Positions 37,717-48,127 of a stretch of DNA of 64,000 nt are shown piece after piece (the stretch's first letter is position 1; every line of letters begins with the position of its first letter). Source of the DNA: Acidimicrobiia bacterium. GTDB taxonomy: Bacteria; Actinomycetota; Acidimicrobiia; IMCC26256; JAENVU01. The notes below the pieces were generated by a model, which was not told where the DNA came from, did no database searches, and saw only the letters and a program-made list of their open reading frames with translations. Where the stretch lies: positions 10,432 through 74,431 of the forward strand of contig DASXYP010000047.1 of NCBI GenBank assembly GCA_036502405.1. The letters run 5' to 3'. A program made the translations under genes and the position numbers.

Positions 37717-38307
37717 TCAGGTGGGCCGGGGGAGCACCAGGTCGACGATGCGGCCGAGAAGCGCGTCGTCCATCGGGAGGTTGTAGATCGCGTGGTGCCA
37801 GATGAAGGCACCGGGCGCCTCGGCGATGAGGTCCGCGTCGGAGTCGGCCGGGAGGTCACCACGCTGGATCGCGGACCGGACGAGATGCCGGATGTGCTCG
37901 CGCTTCTTGCCGATCACCGAGCGGTCGAACTCCTCGGCCAGCTCGGGCTCACGCAACCGCTCGACCGCGAACGTGATCAGCACCTTGGCGTCGTTACCCC
38001 GCAGCCGGTCGAGCAGCGGGCGCATCATGCTGATGAGGTCGGCCCGCAGATCCCCGGTGTCCGGGAGCCGGTCCTCCAGCTGCACACCGCAGCGCACCGC
38101 CTCGACGACCAGCTCGGCCTTGCTCGAGTACCGGCGGTAGATCGTGGCCTTGCCCACACCGGCGCGGGCGGCCACGCCGTCCATGCTGACGCCGCCGTAT
38201 CCGTGCTCCGCGAAGAGATCGAGCGTGGCCTGGAGGATCGCCGCATCACACGCCGGGTCGCGCGGCCGTCCCGCGCGGACGCGGATGTCTTCCTCGGAGA
38301 TCGCCAT
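37717..38307 (-). CDS. TetR/AcrR transcriptional regulator
   Basis: GRPRD, MDGVAARAGVGKATIYRR HTH; start overlaps the MFS stop. Confidence 0.93.
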   Translation of the reverse strand: MAISEEDIRVRAGRPRDPACDAAILQATLDLFAEHGYGGVSMDGVAARAGVGKATIYRRYSSKAELVVEAVRCGVQLEDRLPDTGDLRADLISMMRPLLDRLRGNDAKVLITFAVERLREPELAEEFDRSVIGKKREHIRHLVRSAIQRGDLPADSDADLIAEAPGAFIWHHAIYNLPMDDALLGRIVDLVLPRPT

Positions 38308-39911
38308 CAGACCGCTCCCACCGGCTCCGGCTCGGGCTCCGCGCCGACCGCGGGGACCGGCTCGTTGTCACGAGCGCGGGCGGGCAGGAACAGCGCCACG
38401 CCGATTGCGGCGAACACGGTGATGGCCGCCGCGACGAGGCCGATCTGGTGCAGGCCGCTGACGAAGGTGTCGTGGGCGGCGGTGATGATCGTGTTCGAGT
38501 ACGGGCGCGCCGCCGGCGACTGCTTGGCGATGCCAACCGCGGTGCCGACGTTGTCCCGTACCTGGGCGAACAGCGAGCCGGGGACCCGCGACCCGATCTT
38601 GTGCTGGATCGTCGAGTGGAAGTGGCTGGCCATCAGCGAGCCGAACACCGCGACGCCCACCGCGCCACCCATCTGCCGGGTGGTGTCGTTCACCGCCGAG
38701 CCGACGCCTGCCTTCGCCCGCGGCAGCGATCCCATGATCGAGTCGGTGCAGGGTGCGAGGACGTTCGCCATCCCGAGGCCCATCAGCGCGGTCACCGCGA
38801 TCACCGTGCCGACCCCCGTGCTCGCGTCCCAGGTGAGGAAGAGCACGAAGGACGCCGCGACGAGGAGCAGCCCGACCGCCACGACGAGCTTGTTCCCGAA
38901 CTTCTGCACCCAGACGTTGGAGAGCGGGGCGAAGATCATGAGGATCGCGGCCTGGGGAAGCAGCACCGCGCCGGCCTCGACCGTCGAGTAGCCGAGCACC
39001 GACTGCAGGTACTGGGTGAGCAGGAACAGCGTCCCGAACAGCGACAGGAACACGAGGGTGATGGCACCGCTCGCCGCGCTGAAGCGCGGGTTCTCGAAGA
39101 AGCGCATGTCGAGCATCGGGTGGCTGGACCGCAGCTCCCACGTGAGGAAGATCCCGAGCACCACGAACCCGAAGACGAACCCGGCGATGATCTCCGGCGC
39201 GCCCCAACCATGTGCCGGCGCCTCGATGACGGCCCACAGGATCGAGCCGAGGGCAACGATCGACAACACAGCCCCGACGGGGTCGAGGGCGGAGTGCGAC
39301 GGGTCGCTCGACTCGGGCACGAGCATGAAGCCGAGCACGAGACCGATGATCACGATCGGCACGTTCACGATGAAGATCGAACCCCACCAGAAGTGCTCGA
39401 GCAGGAACCCACCGGTGATCGGACCCAGGCCGATGCCGAGTGCGGAGACCCCGGCCCAGACGCCGATGGCCTTGCCCCGTTCCGCCGGGTTGGTGAAGAC
39501 GTTGGTGATGATCGACAGCGTCGACGGCATGATGAACGCGGCGCCGATGCCCATCAGCGCACGGGTCCCGATCAGCGCGTTGGCCGACGGCGCGAACGCC
39601 GAGAGCAACGAGCCGATGCCGAAGATCGACAGGCCGATCGCGAGGAAGCGGTAGCGACCGAAGCGGTCGCCCAGGCTCCCTGCGGTGAGCAGGAGGCCGG
39701 CGAACACGAGCGTGTACGCGTCGACGATCCACTGGAGCTGGCTGGCCGTCGCACCGAGCCCGCCCTGGCTCTTGGTGTGCGCGAGCGTCGGGATCGCGAC
39801 GTTGAGGATCGTGTTGTCGAGCGTGATCACGATCAGGCTGATGCAGAGGACGAGCAGCGTCAGCCACCGGCGCTGGTAGACGAGGTCAGGGTTCTTCAGG
39901 GCACTGCGCAT
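38307..39911 (-). CDS. DHA2 (EmrB/QacA) MFS efflux transporter
   Basis: LDNTILNVAIP, WIVDAYTLVFAGLLL, GDRFGR, WGSIFIVNVP motifs. Confidence 0.94.
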   Translation of the reverse strand: MRSALKNPDLVYQRRWLTLLVLCISLIVITLDNTILNVAIPTLAHTKSQGGLGATASQLQWIVDAYTLVFAGLLLTAGSLGDRFGRYRFLAIGLSIFGIGSLLSAFAPSANALIGTRALMGIGAAFIMPSTLSIITNVFTNPAERGKAIGVWAGVSALGIGLGPITGGFLLEHFWWGSIFIVNVPIVIIGLVLGFMLVPESSDPSHSALDPVGAVLSIVALGSILWAVIEAPAHGWGAPEIIAGFVFGFVVLGIFLTWELRSSHPMLDMRFFENPRFSAASGAITLVFLSLFGTLFLLTQYLQSVLGYSTVEAGAVLLPQAAILMIFAPLSNVWVQKFGNKLVVAVGLLLVAASFVLFLTWDASTGVGTVIAVTALMGLGMANVLAPCTDSIMGSLPRAKAGVGSAVNDTTRQMGGAVGVAVFGSLMASHFHSTIQHKIGSRVPGSLFAQVRDNVGTAVGIAKQSPAARPYSNTIITAAHDTFVSGLHQIGLVAAAITVFAAIGVALFLPARARDNEPVPAVGAEPEPEPVGAV

Positions 39912-40057
39912 GCCGGGGCAACCTAGACGGCTCCGTATCGAAACGCAACCGTGCCGTATGTCACGCCCAGGATCAGGCGCCCCGGTCGGCTCACGATTCC
40001 TTGATCGCGGTCTCATGGAAATCCCCGGTTGCCCACGCGAGGTTGTCCGACGTGCCG

Positions 40058-41218
40058 ATGATCCCGACCTCACCCCGGGCCCGCGTCACCGCCCTCGCCC
40101 TCGCCGCCACGCTGGTCGTGAGCGCGTGCTCGGGCGGCGGGTCGAGCACCGCGACCCCGGCGACGACACGCACACCGCGCGCGCCGGTGCCGGGGACGAC
40201 CTGGTCCACCACGAGCCCCGGCGCCGTCGGGCTGGACGCACAGAAGCTCGACGAGATCGGGCAGGTGGCCGAGCAGGGGAAGTCCAACTGCTTCGTGGTG
40301 GTACGAGACGGCAAGGTCGCGCACGAGCAGTACTTCCGGGGGACGAACGCCGCCAGCGCGCAGGACATCTACTCGGCGACGAAGTCGATCACCAGCACGC
40401 TCGTCGGGATCGCCGCCGACGACGGCAGGCTGCGGATCGACGACTCCGCGTCCAAGTGGATCCCGGAGTGGAAGGGAACGCCGGCGGCCGCGGTGACCGT
40501 CCGTGACCTGTTGAGCAACGACTCGGGTCGGGAGTGGAGCCCGACGATCGACTACGTGCAGCTGCTGCGCGCGAGTGACCGCACGGCCTTCGCGATCGGT
40601 CTGCCGCAGGCCCACCCGCCCGGCCAGGTCTGGGCGTACAACAACTCGGCGATCCAGACGCTGCAACGCGTCCTGCAGCAGGCCACCGGTACCGACGTCG
40701 TCACCTACGCCAAGCAGCGCCTGTTCGATCCGCTCGGCATGACCGACACGATGATGACCACCGACCGCGCCGGCAACGCGCAGACGTTCGAGGGAGTGCG
40801 GTCGACGTGTCGTGACCTCGCTCGCTTCGGCGTGATGATGCTCGATGGCGGCCGGTGGGGTGACCGCCGGATCGTCTCCACCCGCTGGGTGCACGAGGCG
40901 ACCGGTCGGTCGTCCACCAAGCTGAACGCGGCGTACGGCTATCTGTGGTGGCTCAACCGCAAGGGCGTCATCGGGAGCCCGCTCGTCGCGACGGACGTGT
41001 CGGCCGCGGCGAACCCGACGACGACGCGGGGTCGCCTCGTGCCGGACGCGCCGCACGACATCTACTGGGCGCTGGGCCTCGGCAACCAGATCGTCCAGGT
41101 CGATCCCGGATCCCGGACGGTGGTGGTTCGGCTCGGGACGGGCGAGCCCCGTCCGAAGCCACCCACGTTCGGGCCGGCCGAGGCGAGCCGCGTCGTCACC
41201 GAGGCCGTCACCCGGTAG
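40058..41218 (+). CDS. Serine hydrolase (beta-lactamase/AmpC-like) lipoprotein
   Basis: Lipobox VSAC, SATK (SxxK), YNN (YxN), LFDPLGM motifs. Confidence 0.88.
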   Translation: MIPTSPRARVTALALAATLVVSACSGGGSSTATPATTRTPRAPVPGTTWSTTSPGAVGLDAQKLDEIGQVAEQGKSNCFVVVRDGKVAHEQYFRGTNAASAQDIYSATKSITSTLVGIAADDGRLRIDDSASKWIPEWKGTPAAAVTVRDLLSNDSGREWSPTIDYVQLLRASDRTAFAIGLPQAHPPGQVWAYNNSAIQTLQRVLQQATGTDVVTYAKQRLFDPLGMTDTMMTTDRAGNAQTFEGVRSTCRDLARFGVMMLDGGRWGDRRIVSTRWVHEATGRSSTKLNAAYGYLWWLNRKGVIGSPLVATDVSAAANPTTTRGRLVPDAPHDIYWALGLGNQIVQVDPGSRTVVVRLGTGEPRPKPPTFGPAEASRVVTEAVTR

Positions 41219-42620
41219 GGCGCGGCGCGACGGGGAGCTCGTCCCCGACCGGCTCCGCCCCGACCGGGGGCTCGGGGGCCTCGAGCGCGGCCAAGTCGAT
41301 CACCCGGTCGTCCTCTGTCCCGGCGCGCGCGGTGCGGCGGCGCGCGAACCAGCGCGCGAGCGCGTCGATCGCCACCGCGGCGAGCAGCACGACCGCGACC
41401 TCCGCGGGTGAGCGGTAGCGCGTCTGGGCGAACGTGATCGCGACCGAGACGAAGACGATCGCGGGCAGCGCGAGGAGCGGCCAGACCGGCGTCGCGCGCC
41501 GGCGGAGCACGACCACCCCCGCGGCGGCGAGCACCGCGAAGATCCAGAAGCTCCAGACGATCGAGTACCCGACCGTCCACTCCTGCTGCAGCACCGCCTT
41601 GTCGTACCGGACCTCCTGGAAGGGCCGGTACACGCCCAGGATCCGGCCCCAGCGCGCCGCAACCACCACCGGGACGCGGCTCAGGTGCGCCTTGACGTAT
41701 CTCTCGGCTTCGGTCTGCACCGCGGCGTCCTGTTGGGCCTCGTCCCGCTGGTTCCAACGCGGGTCGTGGCGTCGTGCCGTGTTCCACGCCCGCAAGGCGC
41801 AGCCGTAGTCCTTGAACCCGAGGAGATCGCCGGAGTAGGTGGACCGGCAGTTGGCGGCGGAGACCGTGCCGCCCGAGTTCGTCGACAGGTACACCGGCGT
41901 GTCGAAGCGGCTCATGTTGTACGCGACCCACGGCGTGATCACCACGAGCGCGACCGCACTCCCGGCCACCGCCCACCCGACCTTCGTGCGGGTCCCGATG
42001 CCGCGCGCGAGCACCACGACCGGCACGAGCACGAACGGGACCACGAGCAGCAGCTCCGAGCGAGCGAGTGCGGCCAGACCACACGCGACGCCGAGCCAGA
42101 GCAGGCGCGGCAGGGTCGGCCGATGCAGGAACCGGTAGGACAGCAGCAGGATCAGCGCGACCACGAAGATCGCCGCGGACTCGGCGCGCAGCATGCCGTC
42201 CTGCACCCAAAGGTTCGGGTAGACCGCGGCGAGCGCGGCTGCGATCAGCCCGACCCGGCGCCCGGCGATCTCACGCCCGGCGAGGCCGACGACCACCACG
42301 GTCCCCGTGCCGAGCACGCAGGTCCAGACCAGGTCGACGAGCTGGGTCGCCTGGTGGTTCCAGACCAGCGACGGGATCGCGAGCCACAGCAGGTAGAGCG
42401 GCGGGTGGCTCGCCGACTGGTGGAAGACCCCCAGCGCGACCGGCTTGACGAACCCGTGCCCGCCGGCGAGCAGGTCCGCACCGGTCGTGTAGTAGCCGGG
42501 GTCCCCGCCGAACGGGATGTGGGGCTCGCGCAGCACCAGCACGTAGGCGAGCCGGAGCAGGAAGCCGGCCAGCGCGACGAGCGCCAGCCACCCCCCGAAG
42601 CCGAACCCCCGCCGCTTCAC
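41208..42620 (-). CDS. GT-C fold glycosyltransferase (family 39/ArnT-like)
   Basis: Multi-TM; GDPGYY, HPPLY, AAVYPNLW, ESAAI, RYRSP motifs. Confidence 0.82.
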   Translation of the reverse strand: MKRRGFGFGGWLALVALAGFLLRLAYVLVLREPHIPFGGDPGYYTTGADLLAGGHGFVKPVALGVFHQSASHPPLYLLWLAIPSLVWNHQATQLVDLVWTCVLGTGTVVVVGLAGREIAGRRVGLIAAALAAVYPNLWVQDGMLRAESAAIFVVALILLLSYRFLHRPTLPRLLWLGVACGLAALARSELLLVVPFVLVPVVVLARGIGTRTKVGWAVAGSAVALVVITPWVAYNMSRFDTPVYLSTNSGGTVSAANCRSTYSGDLLGFKDYGCALRAWNTARRHDPRWNQRDEAQQDAAVQTEAERYVKAHLSRVPVVVAARWGRILGVYRPFQEVRYDKAVLQQEWTVGYSIVWSFWIFAVLAAAGVVVLRRRATPVWPLLALPAIVFVSVAITFAQTRYRSPAEVAVVLLAAVAIDALARWFARRRTARAGTEDDRVIDLAALEAPEPPVGAEPVGDELPVAPRPTG

Positions 42621-42700
42621 TCATCGACGCTACCGGGACCGCGTCGGGCTCAAACCCCCGGAGCGGCCCGGCACGCGCCCGGCCCGGCGACGGGGCGGGG

Positions 42701-44908
42701 TCAGCTGGACGCGCCGACGAGCTCGGGCTCCTCGACCGGCTCCGGCTCGCCGGCCGGTGCACCCTCGAGATCGAGGTGGGGCAGCCAGCGCAGCCACCGG
42801 GGCAACCACCAGTTCGCGTCGCCGAGCAGCTCCATGGTCGCGGGCACGAGGACCAGGCGAATGATCGTCGCGTCGACGAAGACCGCGGTCGCGAGACCGA
42901 GCCCCATCATCTTCACCGTCGGCTCGTCGACCAGCACGAAGCTGAGGAACACGCAGATCATGATCAGCGCGGCCGAGGTGATGACCCGGGCGGTCGCGGC
43001 GAGCCCGGCCGGGACGCTCGCCCGCGCGTCGCCACTGCGCAGCCACTCCTCCCGGACCCGGGACAGGAGGAACACCTCGTAGTCCATCGAGAGCCCGAAC
43101 AGGATCGCGAACATCATCATCGGGATGAAGCTGACGATCGGCAGGCTCTCCTGCACGCCGAACAGGCCGCGGAACCACCCCCACTGGAACACCGCCACGA
43201 TGACGCCGTACGCCGCGCCGATCGAGAGCACGTTCATCACCGCGGCCTTGAGCGGCACGAGCACCGACCGGAACACGACCATCAGCAGCAGGAAGCTCAA
43301 CGCGATCACCGAGCCGATGAACCAGGGCAGCCGCGACGCGATGCGGTCCGAGATGTCGATGAACGACGCGGTCGAGCCGCCGACCGAGACCTTCACGCCG
43401 GTGCCGGCGGTGGCGGCCGGAATCACGTCGCCGCGCAGGCGTGACACCAGATCGCTCGTCGCGGACGCCTGCGGCGACGACTTCGGCAGCACGCGGATCA
43501 CCGCGGTGTTCCCGTCGGGGTTGACGCGCGGGACCCCCACCGCCGCGACGTCGGCGTCGCGGCCGATGGCCTCGACGACGGGCTGCAGCGTCGCGGCGCC
43601 GCCGGACGGCACGTCGGCCACGAGGAGCAACGGGCCGTTGAAGCCCTTGCCGAAGCCGGTCCCGAGCAGGTCGTACGCCCGGCGCTGCGTCGACGCGGTC
43701 GAGAGCGTGCCGGCGTCGGTCTGGCCCAGGCGCATCGAGAGCGCGGGCGCCGCCAACGCGAGCAGCACGACCAGGCTGGCGATCAGGTAGCGCCACGGAC
43801 GGTCGGCGACGTGACGGGCCCAGCGGACCCACATCCCGTGCCTCACCTGGTCCGGGTGCATCTCCGCCTCGACCTGGCTGCGCTTGACCCAGGGCAGGCG
43901 CAGGCTGTTGATCTTCCTGCCGGCCAGCCCGAGCAGCGCGGGGAGCAGCGAGATCGCCGCGAGCACCGACACCGCGACCACGACCGCGGAGGCGAAGCCC
44001 ATCGTGGTGACCGTCGGGATGCCGGCGACCACGAGGCCGCAGATCGCGATCACGACGGTCGTACCGGCGAAGACGACGGCCATGCCGGAGGTCCCATTGG
44101 CGTGGCCGGCCGAGTCGGCGACCGACATCCCCGTCGCGAGCTGCTCACGGTGCCGGGTGACGACGAACAGGGCGTAGTCGATGCCGACGCCGAGCCCGAT
44201 CATCGTCGCGATCGTCGTGGCGATGGACGAGATGTCGAAGAAGTTCGTGAGGAAGGTGACCGTCGAGAGCCCGACGAGCAGGCCGACGAGTGCAGTGCCG
44301 ATCGGCACGCCCATGGCGACGACCGATCCGAATGCGAAGAGGAGCACGATCATCGCGGCGATGAGCCCGTAGATCTCGGTGCTTCCGAGATCGGGTCGCT
44401 CGCCCGCGCGCGCGACCTCGCCGCCGAACTCGACCTGCAGACCCGCCGCGCGCGCGGGCTGCATCGCGGCAACAAGTCGGTCGAGGTCCTCGGGCTTGAT
44501 CTGGTTCCCGGTCTTCTCGTAGTTGACGACCGCGTAGCCGATGTCACCTTGCTTCGAGATGCCGTTCGCGCCGGCCTCGGTCGGGCTGACGACGCCGGTG
44601 ACGCCGGGCAGCTTCGCGACACCCGCGAGCGCCTTGTCGATCGCGGCCGCGTTCTCGGGGTTCGTGAGCGCGCCGGAACGGCTGTGCAGGACGACCTGCG
44701 CGGTCGCGCCGGCCTGGGCCGGGAACCTCTCCTTGAGCAGGTCGGTCGCGTGCTGGCTCTCGGTGCCGGGGATGGTGAAGTTGTCGCTGTAGCCCTTGGC
44801 GCTGCCGGCGAGGCCACCGACGACGATCGCGAGCAGGACCCAGGCGCCGATCGTGCGCCAGGGGTGGCGGGCGCACCAGCGCCCGAGTCGTTCCAGGAAG
44901 CCCGACAT
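42701..44908 (-). CDS. MMPL/RND family transporter
   Basis: GLGVGIDYALF, AVVFAG.TV, FGLSMDYEVFLLSR.RE, RVITSAALIM motifs. Confidence 0.95.
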   Translation of the reverse strand: MSGFLERLGRWCARHPWRTIGAWVLLAIVVGGLAGSAKGYSDNFTIPGTESQHATDLLKERFPAQAGATAQVVLHSRSGALTNPENAAAIDKALAGVAKLPGVTGVVSPTEAGANGISKQGDIGYAVVNYEKTGNQIKPEDLDRLVAAMQPARAAGLQVEFGGEVARAGERPDLGSTEIYGLIAAMIVLLFAFGSVVAMGVPIGTALVGLLVGLSTVTFLTNFFDISSIATTIATMIGLGVGIDYALFVVTRHREQLATGMSVADSAGHANGTSGMAVVFAGTTVVIAICGLVVAGIPTVTTMGFASAVVVAVSVLAAISLLPALLGLAGRKINSLRLPWVKRSQVEAEMHPDQVRHGMWVRWARHVADRPWRYLIASLVVLLALAAPALSMRLGQTDAGTLSTASTQRRAYDLLGTGFGKGFNGPLLLVADVPSGGAATLQPVVEAIGRDADVAAVGVPRVNPDGNTAVIRVLPKSSPQASATSDLVSRLRGDVIPAATAGTGVKVSVGGSTASFIDISDRIASRLPWFIGSVIALSFLLLMVVFRSVLVPLKAAVMNVLSIGAAYGVIVAVFQWGWFRGLFGVQESLPIVSFIPMMMFAILFGLSMDYEVFLLSRVREEWLRSGDARASVPAGLAATARVITSAALIMICVFLSFVLVDEPTVKMMGLGLATAVFVDATIIRLVLVPATMELLGDANWWLPRWLRWLPHLDLEGAPAGEPEPVEEPELVGASS

Positions 44909-45073
44909 GTCCCGCTCCTTGTCCCCGGTGGTGTGCTCCGTGCGGAGCGTGGCGGCGGCCCCCCGATCCCCCACCGTGACCCTACCGAGAAGTGACACAG
45001 CATGCCAGATAGACATTGCGTGCCTCTTGTCACACTACGCCACCGGGGCCCGGTTCCATGGCACCCTGGGGAC

Positions 45074-45754
45074 ATGGCCGGTACCGTGCGCGCCGTGAGC
45101 CCTCCCCGTGTGCCGGTGAGGCGCGAGGCCGACGAGGTGGAGCACGCCCCGGCCGGCGCGACCCGGGGGCTGCGCGAACGCAACAAGCTGCGCACTCGCG
45201 AGGAGATCGCCTCGGCGACGATCCGACTGGCCGCCGACCGGGGACTCGAGCACGTGACGGTCGAGCAGATCGCGGCCGAGGCGGACGTCGCGCCGCGCAC
45301 GTTCTTCCGCTACTTCGATTCCAAGGAGGAGGCGCTGTTCGCGGACCACCCCGAGCGGCTCCAGCTCCTCCGGGACAACCTCCGTCGCCGCCCGGCCTCC
45401 GAGGGCCCGCTCACCGCGGTGCGCGGCGCGATCCTCGACGTCGCCGGCGACCTCGAGGAGCACCGCGACGTCATGCTCTGCAAGATCCGTCTCATCGAGG
45501 ACAACGCGACGTTGCGCGGTCGCAGCCTCGAGAAGATGGGCGACCTCGAGCGCATGATCGCGGAAGCGCTCGCCGAGCGCACCGGGGTGGACCTCGACAC
45601 GGACTTCCGCCCGCTGGTCATCGCGGGGGCCGTCTGCACCGCGATGCGCGTGGCGATCGACCGTTGGGGCGCGACCGGCGGCGACGGCGACCTGATCTCG
45701 ATGGTGGAGACCGCGCTGGACCTGCTCGACGGCGGACTCGACCACTCGATCTGA
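45074..45754 (+). CDS. TetR family regulator divergent from MMPL
   Basis: GLRERNK..TR, TVEQIAAEADVAPRTFFRYFDSKE. Confidence 0.92.
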   Translation: MAGTVRAVSPPRVPVRREADEVEHAPAGATRGLRERNKLRTREEIASATIRLAADRGLEHVTVEQIAAEADVAPRTFFRYFDSKEEALFADHPERLQLLRDNLRRRPASEGPLTAVRGAILDVAGDLEEHRDVMLCKIRLIEDNATLRGRSLEKMGDLERMIAEALAERTGVDLDTDFRPLVIAGAVCTAMRVAIDRWGATGGDGDLISMVETALDLLDGGLDHSI

Positions 45755-45782
45755 GCGCGCGGCTTCACGCGCGCCGACCTGC

Positions 45783-46544
45783 TCAGCTCACCGCGGCGCT
45801 CCCACCGTCGATCATCAAGGTCTGCCCGGTGACGAAGCGCGCGTCGTCGCCGAGCAGGAAGCGCACTGCCACCCCGATGTCGTCGGTCGCGTCGCCGAGG
45901 CGGCCGAGCGGGATGCGACGCATCACCCTCGCCTCCATCGTCGGGTCGGAGACGAACGCGCGCGCCATGGCCGGTGAGCCCGCGAGCGGCGCGACCGCGT
46001 TCACGCGTACCCCGGCCGGACCCCACTCCCGGGCCAGCACCGAGACCATCGCCCGCTGCTGGGCCTTGACCATCGCGTAGGCCGCGAGCAGGCGCTTCCC
46101 CTCGAGGGCTGCTTCGGACGTCGTCACGACCACCGAGCCACGGGCCGCGGCGAGGAGCGGGAACGCGGCCCGGGCGACCAGGTACAACCCGCGGGTCGCG
46201 ACCCGGACATGGTCTTCGAGGTCGGCGACGGTCACGTCCGTGATCGGCCCCGACTGCGAGGACCGTCCACTCGTCGCGTTGTGCACCAGGCCGTCCAGGC
46301 GACCGGCGGCACCGGCGATCGCGTCGAGGAGCGCGCGCACCGATTCCTCGTCACCGACGTCGCACACGATGGCGCGGCCGCGGCCGCCCGCGGCAGTGAC
46401 CTCGTCTGCGACCGCCGCACCCTCGACCTCGCGGCGCGCGGCGATCCAGACGTCCCAACCCGACGCGCCACACGCGAGTGCGATGCCGCGGCCGACGCCG
46501 CCCGACGCGCCCGTCACCAGCACGCAACGCCCGGTGGCGCTCAC
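45783..46544 (-). CDS. SDR family oxidoreductase
   Basis: TGASGGVG, NA-type motif, YAMVK catalytic motif, GQTLMIDGG. Confidence 0.92.
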   Translation of the reverse strand: MSATGRCVLVTGASGGVGRGIALACGASGWDVWIAARREVEGAAVADEVTAAGGRGRAIVCDVGDEESVRALLDAIAGAAGRLDGLVHNATSGRSSQSGPITDVTVADLEDHVRVATRGLYLVARAAFPLLAAARGSVVVTTSEAALEGKRLLAAYAMVKAQQRAMVSVLAREWGPAGVRVNAVAPLAGSPAMARAFVSDPTMEARVMRRIPLGRLGDATDDIGVAVRFLLGDDARFVTGQTLMIDGGSAAVS

Positions 46545-47182
46545 GGGTGTCCTCCGGTCGCGGGGAGCACGGTGCCGGTGAGGCCCGCACCGTCGTCGGA
46601 GAGCAGCATCCGGACCGCGCCCGCGATCTCGACGTCGACCCGACCGGGAGAGGTCGTCAGCGGCGTCGGCGAGCCCGCCAGGTCGCGTGGCGCGACCGGG
46701 CGCGCGCTGAGGACCGCGTTGACGCGCACACCCCGCCCGCCCTCGGTTGCGGCGAGCGACCGTACGAGATTGACCACGCCGTCGCCGACCGTCACCGCCG
46801 CGCCGTGCCCGGGCGCGTCGAGCGGCGCGGGTCGGTCGACGACCACCACGATCGCGCCTCCGTCCCGGCACCGACCGGTGGCGACCGCGAGGGTCGTGAA
46901 CCACAGCGCGGTCGGCCATTCGACCTCGCGCCGCCACCGGACCGGACCGAGCTCGAGCAGCTCGACCCGCGGGGCCGGATCGGGCCACGTGCAGACGACC
47001 ACCTGGTCGGCCGCGGGCAGCGCCGCGACCTCGCTCCGCCAGCCGGTCAGCAGCCCGCGCCAGTCCCAGTCCCACGTCGCGGCCGCCGGCGGCTCCGGGC
47101 TGGTGGCGGACGGCGCGGCGCCGAGCGCCAACGCCAGCGTCCCGGCGTCGGCCGAGCCGGTCCCGATGAACGTCGTGGGCAC
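46541..47182 (-). CDS. Degenerate SDR-like protein
   Basis: GGAIVVV, LVRSLA, GVRVNAV, AVRMLLS...LTGTVL resemble an SDR C-half, but TGxxxGxG and YxxxK are absent; stop overlaps the SDR start (GTGA). Confidence 0.65.
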   Translation of the reverse strand: MPTTFIGTGSADAGTLALALGAAPSATSPEPPAAATWDWDWRGLLTGWRSEVAALPAADQVVVCTWPDPAPRVELLELGPVRWRREVEWPTALWFTTLAVATGRCRDGGAIVVVVDRPAPLDAPGHGAAVTVGDGVVNLVRSLAATEGGRGVRVNAVLSARPVAPRDLAGSPTPLTTSPGRVDVEIAGAVRMLLSDDGAGLTGTVLPATGGHP

Positions 47183-47204
47183 CGGCCCATTGAAGCCGAC
47201 GGGG

Positions 47205-47597
47205 TCAGTCCGGTTCGTCCGGCGACGCAGCCTCGGGACGGCGGCCGATCTCGACCGGGCGGGGCTTCGGCGGCGCGACCGCGTTGCGCAGGAGCTTGCG
47301 GGCCTGCGTGACCTCGTCCGTGGCCGGACCGCCGGCGCCCGCGCCCAGATGCGCCGCGGCCGCATCCTCGACGACGCAGACGATCGCGTCCCAGTCCGCA
47401 TCGGGCTCGCGGGTGACGGTGACGAAGTCGTTCACGCCGAAGACCGACGCGACGCCGTCGGCCGCCAGGACCTCTCGCGCGAACTCCGAGTCGGCGCCTT
47501 CGCCGCGCGTCGTGTCGATCCGCTCCTCGAGCGTCACGTCGAGCGTGAACTTCATCGCGTTCGGATTCGGCGTGGTGGACGGTCGCACGGTGGCCAC
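47205..47597 (-). CDS. NifU/Nfu N-terminal (scaffold) domain protein
   Basis: TPNPNAMKF, GVASVF.VNDFVTVT..PDADW motifs; no CxxC NifU domain. Confidence 0.85.
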   Translation of the reverse strand: MATVRPSTTPNPNAMKFTLDVTLEERIDTTRGEGADSEFAREVLAADGVASVFGVNDFVTVTREPDADWDAIVCVVEDAAAAHLGAGAGGPATDEVTQARKLLRNAVAPPKPRPVEIGRRPEAASPDEPD

Positions 47598-47607
47598 GCC
47601 CCCGAGG

Positions 47608-48066
47608 CTACGCAGACGCTGCACGCTCCGCTGCCTCGGCGGCATGGGCAGCGAGACCGTCGACGCAGCGCTGCAGGAACCGGCTGAAGAACCGTCGGAG
47701 CACGCCGCCGGTCGCCGGGTACTTCGCGTGGAAGCGGCTCTGCCACCGGATCGTGGTCCCGCCGTCGTGCGGCTCGAGGTCGATGTCGGCGCGGTACCCG
47801 CGCATCGGCAGGCCGTGCAGGAGCGAGTAGCTGAAGCGGCGGTCCGGCACCAGCTCGACGATCTCCTCCCGGCTGGTGACCCGGCCGGTGTGGAAGAGCC
47901 GGATCGCGCCGAGGCCCTCCTCGCCGTCGGGCCCGGTGCGCTCGAGCTCGAACGAGTCGATCGGCGACCACGTCGGCCAGGTCACGCCCGACCGCAGGAG
48001 CCGGTAGACGAGGGCCGGCGGCGCCGGGGTCCACGCCGTGGCGACGATCTGCTGCTCTGCCATCAC
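47608..48066 (-). CDS. SRPBCC/START (polyketide cyclase-like) protein
   Basis: WPTWSP, GLGAIRLF, SREEIVE, FSYSLL.GLPMRGY. Confidence 0.88.
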   Translation of the reverse strand: MMAEQQIVATAWTPAPPALVYRLLRSGVTWPTWSPIDSFELERTGPDGEEGLGAIRLFHTGRVTSREEIVELVPDRRFSYSLLHGLPMRGYRADIDLEPHDGGTTIRWQSRFHAKYPATGGVLRRFFSRFLQRCVDGLAAHAAEAAERAASA

Positions 48067-48085
48067 GCACCTCCGGGGAGCTCAC

Positions 48086-48116
48086 GTACCAATCGGTACA
48101 TGTACCAGATGGTACA
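48086..48116. promoter_or_regulatory. Tandem TetR operator pair
   Basis: GTACC-AATC-GGTAC (48086-48099) and GTACC-AGAT-GGTAC (48102-48115), overlapping TACACT -10 (48113-48118) between divergent genes. Confidence 0.8.
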
Positions 48117-48127
48117 CTGGTCGCACG

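Noticed and set aside
44993-45007. TGACA-N5-TGCCA as operator of the MMPL TetR
   Set aside because: Imperfect and short; plausible but not distinguishable from chance without comparative data.
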